Shown in pieces: positions 45,370-54,664 of a stretch of DNA of 54,664 nt. The stretch covers positions 848-55,511 of the forward strand of contig JACPEI010000048.1 in assembly GCA_016183575.1 (NCBI GenBank), written 5' to 3'. The stretch's first letter is position 1. Each line of letters starts with the position of its first letter. A program made the translations under genes and the position numbers. The DNA comes from Nitrosomonadales bacterium. Lineage in GTDB: Bacteria; Pseudomonadota; Gammaproteobacteria; Burkholderiales; Gallionellaceae. A model generated the notes under the pieces. That model saw nothing but the letters and a program-made list of their open reading frames with translations, searched no databases and had not been told where the DNA came from.

Positions 45370-47490
45370 GTGAAATACCTGAATCTCATCAGTATCGTCG
45401 TCGGCGCTATGTTGCTGTATCTGCTATCCAGCAGCAGTACCAATACCAGTGTGTTTTCCATCAATTATTACGTGCTACTCGGGCTGACCGGCCTGTTCGC
45501 GTTGAGTCTGGCGGGGCTGGTCGGCTATCAGCTGATGCGCTTGCGCAGCAAGCTCAGGAACAAGGTTTTTGGCGCCAGGCTCACGTTGCGCCTGGTGGTT
45601 TTTTTCACGCTGATCGCCGTTCTGCCCGGTATGCTGGTCTATGTGGTGTCGGTGAATTTCCTGGGCAAAAGCATCGAGTCGTGGTTCGACGTGCGCGTCG
45701 AAAAGGCGCTGGAGGGCGGACTCAACCTCGGCAGGAGCGGCCTCGACAACAGCCTGAAGGAGCTGACCAAAAAGACCCAGTTCATCGCTTTATTGATTGC
45801 GGAGAAACAGCCGGGGCAATATCAGCGCGCACTGGATCAGTTGATAGATGTCAGTGTGGAACAGGAGGCGGCATTGTTTACCGCGAAGGGGAATGTGGTC
45901 GCCTTTTCCTCCAGCGGCAAGGTGCTGTTGCCGGAAATGCCCGATGGCGATTTGCTGCGTTCGGCCATGGACAAGGGCGAGTATGCGGTGATCGACACCT
46001 TGCCGAACAAAGGGTTGATGTTGCGTGCGCTGGTGAGGGTGAACTCCAATACGCATGCGGGAGGGCAATACGTGCTGCAATTCACCCAGCCGGTGCCGAA
46101 ACAGATCGAAGCGGATGCCGAGACCGTGCAGGCGGTGTATCGCGATTATCAGGAACTGACGCTGTCGCGCCTCGGATTGAAACGGCTGTACGCGATCACC
46201 CTGACGCTGTCGCTATTGGTGGTGCTGTTGACGGCGGTATCGGCGGCGTTTTTCATCAGCGAGCGGCTGGGCTCCTCGCTGGAAGCGCTCGCGGAAGGCA
46301 CGCGCGCGGTGGCGCAGGGCGACTTCACCGGCCAGTACCCGATACAAAGCAGCGACGAGCTGGGCGCGCTGACCGGCCTGTTCAACCAGATGACGCAGCA
46401 GCTGCATGAGGCGAAGCTGGCCAGCGAACAGCAACGGCGCGAGGTGGAAAGCGCAAAAGGCTATCTGGAAAGCGTGCTGACCCACCTGTCTTCCGGCGTG
46501 CTGGCGCTGGACAATGAATTGCGCCTGCGTTCGGTGAACACCAGCGCGGTGCAAATTCTCGCCGTGCCGTTGCAGGAAATGCAGCGCATGACGCTGAACC
46601 AAATCGCCGAAAAGCACAGCCTGCTGAGGCCGTTCTGCCATACCATCATGGAGGCCTTTGGCGATGCGACCAACTGCGAATGGCAGCGGCAGATAGAGCG
46701 CATGAGCAAAAACGGCAACCAGATTTTGCTGATGCGCGGCACGCGCCTGCCGCAGGGCGGGGATGCTGGCTATGTGGTCGTGTTCGACGATGTCAGCCAT
46801 CTGTTGAAGGCGGAGCGGCAGGCGGCATGGGGCGAGGTGGCGCGCCGTCTCGCGCATGAAATCAAGAATCCGCTCACGCCGATCCAGCTTTCGGCGGAGC
46901 GTCTGCAGCACAAACTTGGCGGCAAGCTTGCTGAAGAGGACGCGCAACTGCTGCAGCGCGCCACGCAAACCATCGTCAGCCAGGTCGGCGCGATGAAAAA
47001 CATGGTGAGCGATTTTGCCGATTACGCGCGCGGCCCGTCATTGAAGCTGGCGCGCCTGGATATGCACCAATTGGTCAGGGAAGTGCTGGGCTTATATGAG
47101 GCGAACGCCGCCGCTATCGCGCTGAAACTGGAAGCGTCACGCAGTGAAGTCAATGGCGACGCAACCCGCCTGCGCCAGGTCATTCATAACCTGTTGCAGA
47201 ATGCGCAGGACGCGTTGCAGAGTGTCGCGCAGCCGCAAATCACGCTGAGCACCACGCTGCATCAGGGAGAGATTCAACTGCATGTCGAGGATAATGGCGC
47301 AGGCTTTCCGGAGAGCGTGCTGTCGCGCGCCTTCGAGCCGTACATGACGACCAAGACCAAAGGCACCGGGCTGGGGCTGGCAATCGTGAAAAAAATAGTG
47401 GAAGAGCATGGCGGGCATATCGCCATTGAAAATAACGCAAGCGGCGGAGCGCGTGTCAATATACGCCTGCCGCTGGCCGAGGAGACGTAA
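45370..47490 (+). CDS. NtrY-like sensor histidine kinase (TM-HAMP-PAS-HisKA-HATPase)
   Basis: AWGEVARRLAHEIKNPLTPIQLSAER, DNGAG, GTGLGL. Confidence 0.9.
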   Translation: MKYLNLISIVVGAMLLYLLSSSSTNTSVFSINYYVLLGLTGLFALSLAGLVGYQLMRLRSKLRNKVFGARLTLRLVVFFTLIAVLPGMLVYVVSVNFLGKSIESWFDVRVEKALEGGLNLGRSGLDNSLKELTKKTQFIALLIAEKQPGQYQRALDQLIDVSVEQEAALFTAKGNVVAFSSSGKVLLPEMPDGDLLRSAMDKGEYAVIDTLPNKGLMLRALVRVNSNTHAGGQYVLQFTQPVPKQIEADAETVQAVYRDYQELTLSRLGLKRLYAITLTLSLLVVLLTAVSAAFFISERLGSSLEALAEGTRAVAQGDFTGQYPIQSSDELGALTGLFNQMTQQLHEAKLASEQQRREVESAKGYLESVLTHLSSGVLALDNELRLRSVNTSAVQILAVPLQEMQRMTLNQIAEKHSLLRPFCHTIMEAFGDATNCEWQRQIERMSKNGNQILLMRGTRLPQGGDAGYVVVFDDVSHLLKAERQAAWGEVARRLAHEIKNPLTPIQLSAERLQHKLGGKLAEEDAQLLQRATQTIVSQVGAMKNMVSDFADYARGPSLKLARLDMHQLVREVLGLYEANAAAIALKLEASRSEVNGDATRLRQVIHNLLQNAQDALQSVAQPQITLSTTLHQGEIQLHVEDNGAGFPESVLSRAFEPYMTTKTKGTGLGLAIVKKIVEEHGGHIAIENNASGGARVNIRLPLAEET

Positions 47491-48140
47491 TGTCAAGCAA
47501 GCAAATATTGGTGGTGGATGATGAAATCGGCATCCGCGAATTGCTGTCGGAAATCCTGTATGACGAGGGTTACCAGGTGCATCTGGCGGAAAATGCCGCC
47601 GAGGCGCGCGCTTTCCGCAACGAGCGCGAGCCGGATATGGTGCTGCTCGACATCTGGATGCCGGATACCGACGGCGTGACCCTGCTCAGGGAATGGGTCG
47701 AGCAGGACTTGCTGACCATGCCGGTGGTGATGATGTCGGGCCACGGCACCATCGAGACCGCAGTCGAGGCGACGCGCATCGGCGCCGTGGATTTCCTGGA
47801 AAAACCCATCGCGCTGCAAAAGCTGCTCAGCACCATCGCCAAAGCGATCAAGGAGGGCGCGCCCAAGCCGCAGGCTCAGCCTACCGAAGCGCAAAGCCAG
47901 AAAATCACCCTGGATATTGACGGGAGGACGCAGCATTTTTCCCTGCCGCTGGATTTGCCGTTGCGCGAGGCGCGCGAGCATTTCGATGCGCTTTACTTCG
48001 ATTACCATTTGCGGAAAGAGGCCGGCAATGTCATGCGGGTAGCCGAAAAGGTCGGTCTGGAGCGCACCCATCTTTACCGCAAACTCAAGCAATTGGGCAT
48101 TAAATTCCTCAAAAAGGGCGGCGAAAACGAATCACAGTAG
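47490..48140 (+). CDS. NtrX-like response regulator (REC + Fis HTH, no AAA+ domain)
   Basis: LVVDDE, LDIWMPD, MSGHGTIETAV, GLERTHLYRKLK. Confidence 0.88.
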   Translation: MSSKQILVVDDEIGIRELLSEILYDEGYQVHLAENAAEARAFRNEREPDMVLLDIWMPDTDGVTLLREWVEQDLLTMPVVMMSGHGTIETAVEATRIGAVDFLEKPIALQKLLSTIAKAIKEGAPKPQAQPTEAQSQKITLDIDGRTQHFSLPLDLPLREAREHFDALYFDYHLRKEAGNVMRVAEKVGLERTHLYRKLKQLGIKFLKKGGENESQ

Positions 48141-48225
48141 GAAGCCGCATCGGTGCTGCGGTATAATTGCCAGCTTGAACGGATTCCCATAACCAACACA
48201 CAGAATATTCTGGAGACAACAGAAA

Positions 48226-50247
48226 ATGGCTGCGACACGCAACATCACCCCCCCCAAATTTAACGACATTACCGGCGCGATCCGGATGCTGGCAGTGGAT
48301 GCCGTGCAAAAAGCGAATTCCGGCCACCCGGGCGCGCCGATGGGCATGGCGGAAATCGCCGATGTGTTGTGGAACCGCCATCTGCGCCACAACCCGGCCA
48401 ATCCGAAGTGGCCCGACCGCGACCGTTTCATCCTGTCCAACGGCCACGGTTCGATGCTGGTTTACGCATTGCTGCATTTGTCCGGCTACGATCTGCCGAT
48501 GGACGAGTTGAAGCGTTTCCGCCAGATGCATTCCAAGACTCCCGGCCATCCGGAATATGGCTATACGCCGGGCGTGGAAACCACCGGTGGCCCGCTCGGC
48601 CAGGGGATCACCAACGCGGTGGGCATGGCGATGGCGGAAAAGCTGCTGGCCGCGGAATTCAACAAGCCGGGCCACGAGATCGTCAACCATCACACCTATG
48701 TGTTCATGGGCGACGGCTGCATGATGGAGGGGATCTCGCACGAAGCCTGTGCGCTCGCCGGCACCTGGGGCCTGGGCAAGCTGATCGCGTTCTGGGACGA
48801 CAACGACATCTCGATCGACGGCCATGTGGATGGCTGGTTTACCGACGACACGCCGAAGCGTTTCGAGGCCTACGGCTGGCATGTGATTGCCAATGTGCAA
48901 GGTCATGATTCCGCTGCAATCGACGCCGCGATCAACGCCGCCAAGGCCGTCACCGACAAACCGACGCTGATCTGCTGCAAGACCATCATCGGCGCGGGTT
49001 CTCCCAACAAGTCAGGCACTCATGATGTGCACGGCGCCGCGCTGGGCGATGCTGAAGTGGCCGCGACGCGCGAACACATCGGCTGGAAATATCCGCCGTT
49101 TGAAATCCCGGCGCATGTCTATGAAGCCTGGGATGCGCGCACCAAGGGCGCAGGCCTGGAAAAACTGTGGAACAACAAGTTTGTCGAGTATCACACTGCG
49201 TTCCCGAAAGAAGCTGCCGAATTCGTGCGCCGCATCAAGGGGGAATTGCCGTTCAACTGGCCGGCTCATATTGACGGGGTAATCGCTGGAATTAACGAAA
49301 AGGCCGAAACTATTGCGACGCGCAAGGCTTCGCAAAACGCCATCAACGCGCTGGCTCCGGCATTGCCGGAATTCCTCGGCGGCTCGGCCGACCTGACCGG
49401 CTCCAACCTGACCAACTGGACAGGCTGCAAGCATATCCGCGGCAAGAGCACCGGCAACTACATCAGCTACGGCGTGCGCGAATTCGGCATGGCGCACATC
49501 ATGAACGGCATGGCGTTGCATGGCGGTTTCCTGCCGTTCGGCGGCACTTTCCTGATGTTCTCGGAATATGCGCGCAATGCGTTGCGCATGTCCGCCTTGA
49601 TGAAGCAGCGCGTGATCTATGTGTTCACCCACGACTCCATCGGCCTGGGCGAAGACGGCCCGACGCACCAGCCGGTCGAGCAAACTGCCACGCTGCGCTA
49701 TATCCCCAACATGGAAGTGTGGCGTCCGTGCGACACGGTTGAATCCGTTGTCGCCTGGGCCGCCGCCGTCGAGCGCAAAGACGGCCCAAGCAGCCTGGTT
49801 TTCAGCCGCCAGAACCTGGCATTCCAGAAGCGCGATACGGTGCAAATCGCCAGCATCCGCAGGGGTGCTTACGTGTTGTCCGAAGCCAGGGGCGGCGAGC
49901 TGCAGGCAATCATTATCGCAACGGGCTCGGAGGTATCGTTGGCATTGGAAGCGCAAAAAACACTGGCTGCCGAAGGCATCAACGTGCGCGTGGTGTCGAT
50001 GCCATCCACCAACGTGTTCGACAAGCAGGATCAGGCTTACCGAGACAGCGTATTGCTCAAGGGGGTAAAGCGCGTCGCAGTCGAAGCGGGTGTGACCGGC
50101 GGCTGGTACAAGTATGTCGGGCTGGACGGCGCGGTGGTCGGGATGGATTGCTTCGGCGAATCCGCCCCGGCGCCGGAGCTGTTCAAGCACTTCGGCATCA
50201 CCACCGCCAACGTGGTGGCGGCAGTGAAAAAAGTTATTGGCGCATGA
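48226..50247 (+). CDS. tkt: Transketolase
   Basis: [45 protein letters not shown]. Confidence 0.97.
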   Translation: MAATRNITPPKFNDITGAIRMLAVDAVQKANSGHPGAPMGMAEIADVLWNRHLRHNPANPKWPDRDRFILSNGHGSMLVYALLHLSGYDLPMDELKRFRQMHSKTPGHPEYGYTPGVETTGGPLGQGITNAVGMAMAEKLLAAEFNKPGHEIVNHHTYVFMGDGCMMEGISHEACALAGTWGLGKLIAFWDDNDISIDGHVDGWFTDDTPKRFEAYGWHVIANVQGHDSAAIDAAINAAKAVTDKPTLICCKTIIGAGSPNKSGTHDVHGAALGDAEVAATREHIGWKYPPFEIPAHVYEAWDARTKGAGLEKLWNNKFVEYHTAFPKEAAEFVRRIKGELPFNWPAHIDGVIAGINEKAETIATRKASQNAINALAPALPEFLGGSADLTGSNLTNWTGCKHIRGKSTGNYISYGVREFGMAHIMNGMALHGGFLPFGGTFLMFSEYARNALRMSALMKQRVIYVFTHDSIGLGEDGPTHQPVEQTATLRYIPNMEVWRPCDTVESVVAWAAAVERKDGPSSLVFSRQNLAFQKRDTVQIASIRRGAYVLSEARGGELQAIIIATGSEVSLALEAQKTLAAEGINVRVVSMPSTNVFDKQDQAYRDSVLLKGVKRVAVEAGVTGGWYKYVGLDGAVVGMDCFGESAPAPELFKHFGITTANVVAAVKKVIGA

Positions 50248-50284
50248 AATGGCGCGAGCCTATTGCGACAGCATAAATTCTTAA

Positions 50285-51304
<1,020 letters not shown>

Positions 51305-51306
51305 TA

Positions 51307-51400
51307 GGGAGTGGGGAGTAGGAAGTGGAAAGTGGGTTTTACGCTTCCCACTGAGGCACGAAGTGCCGTTCCACTTCCCACTCACCACTTCCCGCTTTTC
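51307..51400. repeat. Heptamer-armed hairpin element, copy 2
   Basis: GGGAGTG GGGAGTA GGAAGTG GAAAGTG, core CCACTGAGGCACGAAGTGCCG (51348-51368), then CACTTCC CACTCAC CACTTCC. Confidence 0.8.
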
Positions 51401-51412
51401 ATGGAGTAGAAA

Positions 51413-52633
51413 ATGTCCATAATGAAAATGACCAATATGGCCCTCTTTGGCAAGCGCGTCCTGATCCGTTCGGATCTCAACGTGCCCGTCAAGGACGGCA
51501 AGGTAACTTCCGATGCGCGCATCACCGCGTCGATGGCGACGATCAATTTCGCGTTGAAGGCCGGCGCGCGCGTGATGGTGACCTCGCATCTGGGACGTCC
51601 GGAAGAAGGCGTTTATTCCGAAGAAAATTCGCTCAAGCCGGTTGCCAATATCATCGCCAACAAGCTGGGCAAGCCGGTGCGCCTGATCAAGGACTGGGTG
51701 GGCGGCGGCTTCGATGTTGCCGAGGGCGAGCTGGTGTTGCTGGAGAACTGCCGCTTCAACAAGGGCGAGAAGAAGAACGCCGAAGAGACCGCGAGGAAAT
51801 ACGCCGCCTTGTGCGACGTGTTCGTGATGGATGCTTTCGGCACCGCGCATCGCGCCGAAGCGTCGACCTACGGCGTGGCGAAGTACGCGCCGGTCGCGGC
51901 GGCCGGCATCCTGCTGACCGAGGAGCTGGACGCGCTGTCCAAGGCGCTGCTCGACCCTGCACGCCCGATGGTCGCCATCGTCGGCGGCAGCAAGGTATCG
52001 ACAAAACTAACGGTGCTGGAATCGCTGTCCGACAAGTGCGAACAACTGGTGGTCGGCGGCGGCATTGCCAACACCTTCCTCAAGGCCGCAGGCAGGAATG
52101 TCGGCAAGTCGCTGTGCGAGGACGATCTGGTGCCGACCGCGCAGGCCTTGATCGAAAAAATGAAACAACGCGGCGCTGGCGTTCCCATTGCCGTGGACGT
52201 GGTGGTCGGCAAGAAGTTCGATGCCAACGAGCCGGCCGTGCTGAAGGATACCGCCGAGGTGGACGACGACGACATGATCTTCGACATCGGTCCGAAGTCC
52301 GCACAAGAAATAGCCGACATCATCATGAAGGCGGGCACGGTGGTTTGGAACGGCCCGGTCGGGGTGTTCGAGTTCGACCAGTTCGGCGAAGGCACCAGGA
52401 AGATCGCGACGGCGATCGCGGAAACCCAGGCGTTCACGCTGGCGGGCGGCGGCGACACCATCGCCGCGATCCAGAAGTACGGCATCTATGACAAGGTGTC
52501 CTACATCTCGACTGCGGGCGGCGCTTTCCTGGAATTCCTCGAAGGCAAGAAATTGCCGGCGGTGGAAATCCTGGAACAGCGTGCGGTACAGAATATGGGA
52601 GAAGGTTGCGGCAGCGGTTGCAGCTGCAAATGA
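51413..52633 (+). CDS. pgk: Phosphoglycerate kinase
   Basis: [42 protein letters not shown]. Confidence 0.97.
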   Translation: MSIMKMTNMALFGKRVLIRSDLNVPVKDGKVTSDARITASMATINFALKAGARVMVTSHLGRPEEGVYSEENSLKPVANIIANKLGKPVRLIKDWVGGGFDVAEGELVLLENCRFNKGEKKNAEETARKYAALCDVFVMDAFGTAHRAEASTYGVAKYAPVAAAGILLTEELDALSKALLDPARPMVAIVGGSKVSTKLTVLESLSDKCEQLVVGGGIANTFLKAAGRNVGKSLCEDDLVPTAQALIEKMKQRGAGVPIAVDVVVGKKFDANEPAVLKDTAEVDDDDMIFDIGPKSAQEIADIIMKAGTVVWNGPVGVFEFDQFGEGTRKIATAIAETQAFTLAGGGDTIAAIQKYGIYDKVSYISTAGGAFLEFLEGKKLPAVEILEQRAVQNMGEGCGSGCSCK

Positions 52634-52639
52634 CCCATC

Positions 52640-54079
52640 ATGCTGCGTAGAACCAAAATAGTCGCAACGCTGGGCCCCGCTTCGAGCGACCAGAAAGTTC
52701 TCGAGCAGATGATCCGTGCCGGAGTCGACCTGGTGCGCATGAATTTCTCGCATGGCTCGGTGCAGGATCATGTGAAGCGTGCCGAAACGGTGCGCGCGGC
52801 AGCGGCAGTGGTAGGCCGCACCGTGGGCATCCTGGCCGACCTGCAAGGCCCGAAGATCCGCGTGCGCAAATTTGAGAACGGCAAGATCGTCCTGAACAAG
52901 GACGACATTTTCATTCTCGATGCCGCGCTGGACGGATTGGGCAACCAGCAGCGCGTCGGGCTGGACTACAAGGACTTGCCCAGGGATGTCAGCAAGGGTT
53001 CGGTGCTGTTGCTCAACGACGGCATGCTCGAATTCGATGTCGTCGAAGTCAAAGGCCCGGAGGTGATTTGCCGGGTGGTGCGCGGCGGCGTGCTGTCGAA
53101 CAACAAGGGCCTCAACCGCAAAGGCGGCGGCCTGACCGCGCCGGCGCTGACCGACAAGGACAAGGAAGACATCAAGACCGCCGCGCTGATCAGGGCGGAC
53201 TACCTGGCGGTGTCGTTCCCGCGCAACGGCGACGACATGCGTCTGGCGCGCGAGCTGATGCATGCGGCGGGCGGCAGGAGTCTGCTGATGGCCAAGATCG
53301 AGCGCGCCGAAGCGATTCCGGCGCTGGGCGAAATCATCGAGGCGTCCGACGCCATCATGGTGGCGCGCGGCGATTTGAGCGTGGAAGTCGGCGATGCGGC
53401 GGTGCCCGGCCTGCAAAAACGCATGATCAAGATGGCCCGTGCGAAAAATCGCCTGGTGATCACCGCCACGCAAATGATGGAGTCGATGATCACAGCGCCT
53501 ATTCCAACAAGGGCGGAAGTTTCCGATGTGGCCAACGCCGTGCTGGACGGCACCGATGCGGTGATGCTCTCGGCGGAAACGGCGGTCGGCGACTACCCGG
53601 TGGAAACCATCGAAGCGATGGCGCGCATCTGCCTCAAGGCCGAGCAGGAGGTGGAAGAGAGTGTGTTCGACCGCCGCGTCGTGCAGCAGAAATTCACGCG
53701 CATCGACCAGTCGATTGCGATGTCCGCGCTGTTCGCCGCGTCGCATTTCAAGGTCAAGGCCATCATCGCCTTGACCCAGTCCGGCTCGACCCCGTTGTGG
53801 ATGTCGCGCCTGAATGCCGGCGTGCCGATTTTCGCGCTGACTCCGGTGCCGGAAACCTTGAGCAAGGTGACTTTATTTAGCGGCGTGCATCCGATCGCGT
53901 TCCATTCCAAGGCAAGAGGGCAGGCAGAAGAATGGCAACAGATCGAGGCAACGCTGCTGGGACTGGGCCTGGTGAAGGACGGCGACATGGTGGTGTTGAC
54001 CATCGGTGAAGCGATGGGCAAGTCGGGACACACTAATACCATGAAAATTATGCGCGTCGGGGACCATCGCAAAACATGA
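52640..54079 (+). CDS. pyk: Pyruvate kinase
   Basis: RRTKIVATLGPAS, RMNFSHG, DLQGPKIR, MVARGDL, ATQMMESM, DAVMLSAET. Confidence 0.97.
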   Translation: MLRRTKIVATLGPASSDQKVLEQMIRAGVDLVRMNFSHGSVQDHVKRAETVRAAAAVVGRTVGILADLQGPKIRVRKFENGKIVLNKDDIFILDAALDGLGNQQRVGLDYKDLPRDVSKGSVLLLNDGMLEFDVVEVKGPEVICRVVRGGVLSNNKGLNRKGGGLTAPALTDKDKEDIKTAALIRADYLAVSFPRNGDDMRLARELMHAAGGRSLLMAKIERAEAIPALGEIIEASDAIMVARGDLSVEVGDAAVPGLQKRMIKMARAKNRLVITATQMMESMITAPIPTRAEVSDVANAVLDGTDAVMLSAETAVGDYPVETIEAMARICLKAEQEVEESVFDRRVVQQKFTRIDQSIAMSALFAASHFKVKAIIALTQSGSTPLWMSRLNAGVPIFALTPVPETLSKVTLFSGVHPIAFHSKARGQAEEWQQIEATLLGLGLVKDGDMVVLTIGEAMGKSGHTNTMKIMRVGDHRKT

Positions 54080-54083
54080 AATT

Positions 54084-54111
54084 GTAGGGACACGGCGCGC
54101 CGTGTTCCTAC
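54084..54111. repeat. Single GTAG...CTAC REP palindrome
   Basis: GTAGGGACACGGCGCGCCGTGTTCCTAC. Confidence 0.75.
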
Positions 54112-54138
54112 TGTAATTAATTTTATCAGGAGAAACAA

Positions 54139-54664
54139 ATGGCACTCGTATCCTTACGTCAACTTCTCGACCATGCGGCGGAACACAGCTACGGCTTGCC
54201 CGCCTTCAACGTGAACAACCTGGAACAGGTCAAGGCGATCATGGAAGCGGCTGACGAAACCAACAGCCCGGTGATCATGCAAGGCTCCGCCGGCGCGCGC
54301 AAGTATGCCGGGGAAGCGTTTTTGCGCCACCTCATCGAGGCCGCCGTGGAAGCCTATCCGCACATTCCGGTGGTGATGCATCAGGATCACGGCGCCTCGC
54401 CCGCGATCTGCATCCAGGCCATCAAGTCCGGCTTCTCCAGCGTGATGATGGACGGCTCGCTGATGACCGACGGCAAGACGCCGTCCAGCTTTGAATACAA
54501 CGTCAACACTACCCGCAGCGTGGTGGAAATGTCCCACGCGGTCGGCGTATCCGTCGAGGGCGAACTGGGCTGCCTGGGCTCCCTGGAGACCGGCCACGGC
54601 GAGAAGGAAGACGGCCACGGCGCGGAGGGCGTGCTCTCCCACGACCAGTTGCTGACCGATCCCA
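54139..54664 (+). CDS. fba: Fructose-bisphosphate aldolase class II (5' part, runs off the window)
   Basis: Hand translation [30 protein letters not shown]...MHQDHG...SSVMMDGS...VEGELG; AGGAG RBS. Confidence 0.95.
   Translation, partial: MALVSLRQLLDHAAEHSYGLPAFNVNNLEQVKAIMEAADETNSPVIMQGSAGARKYAGEAFLRHLIEAAVEAYPHIPVVMHQDHGASPAICIQAIKSGFSSVMMDGSLMTDGKTPSSFEYNVNTTRSVVEMSHAVGVSVEGELGCLGSLETGHGEKEDGHGAEGVLSHDQLLTDP

Noticed and set aside
47490-48140. NtrX-like regulator lacking the sigma54 AAA+ domain
   Set aside because: Short REC-HTH forms are known at this locus in betaproteobacteria and the frame is intact.
42870-48600. Single substitutions in conserved motifs: Fmt GAAPIPRA (usually PIQRA) and Tkt ETTGGPLG (usually ETTTGPLG)
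   Set aside because: Cannot be told from natural variation or base-call error without alignments and reads.

Overview
Core chromosomal region spanning the replication origin of a GC-rich betaproteobacterium; gene order and protein features suggest Nitrosomonadales/Gallionellaceae (inference, no search run). Left to right: thiG, trmB, hemW, rdgB, rph, PP2C phosphatase, yicC, gmk, rpoZ, spoT, then the minus-strand atp operon, parB, parA, rsmG, mnmG, mnmE, yidC, yidD, rnpA, rpmH. Next come dnaA, oriC, dnaN, gyrB, a ~6 kb accessory patch, then topA, smg, dprA, a LysM protein, def, fmt, rsmB, DUF4390, ntrY/ntrX-like genes, tkt, gap, pgk, pyk and partial fba. The patch holds an orphan radical SAM/SPASM gene, a c-type cytochrome, and two integron-like cassettes with degenerate attC sites but no integrase; one cassette gene is split by an intact IS21 with an 8-bp target duplication. 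It ends in a decayed copy of the topA tail. Other anomalies: atpD has an inferred ~65-nt internal deletion with frameshift, and trmB has a 24-nt palindrome inserted in frame. The spacers carry diverse small repeats: several GTAG REP families, a MITE, a heptamer-armed element present twice, a decamer-armed element, and a hairpin flanked by a duplicated atpG 3' end.
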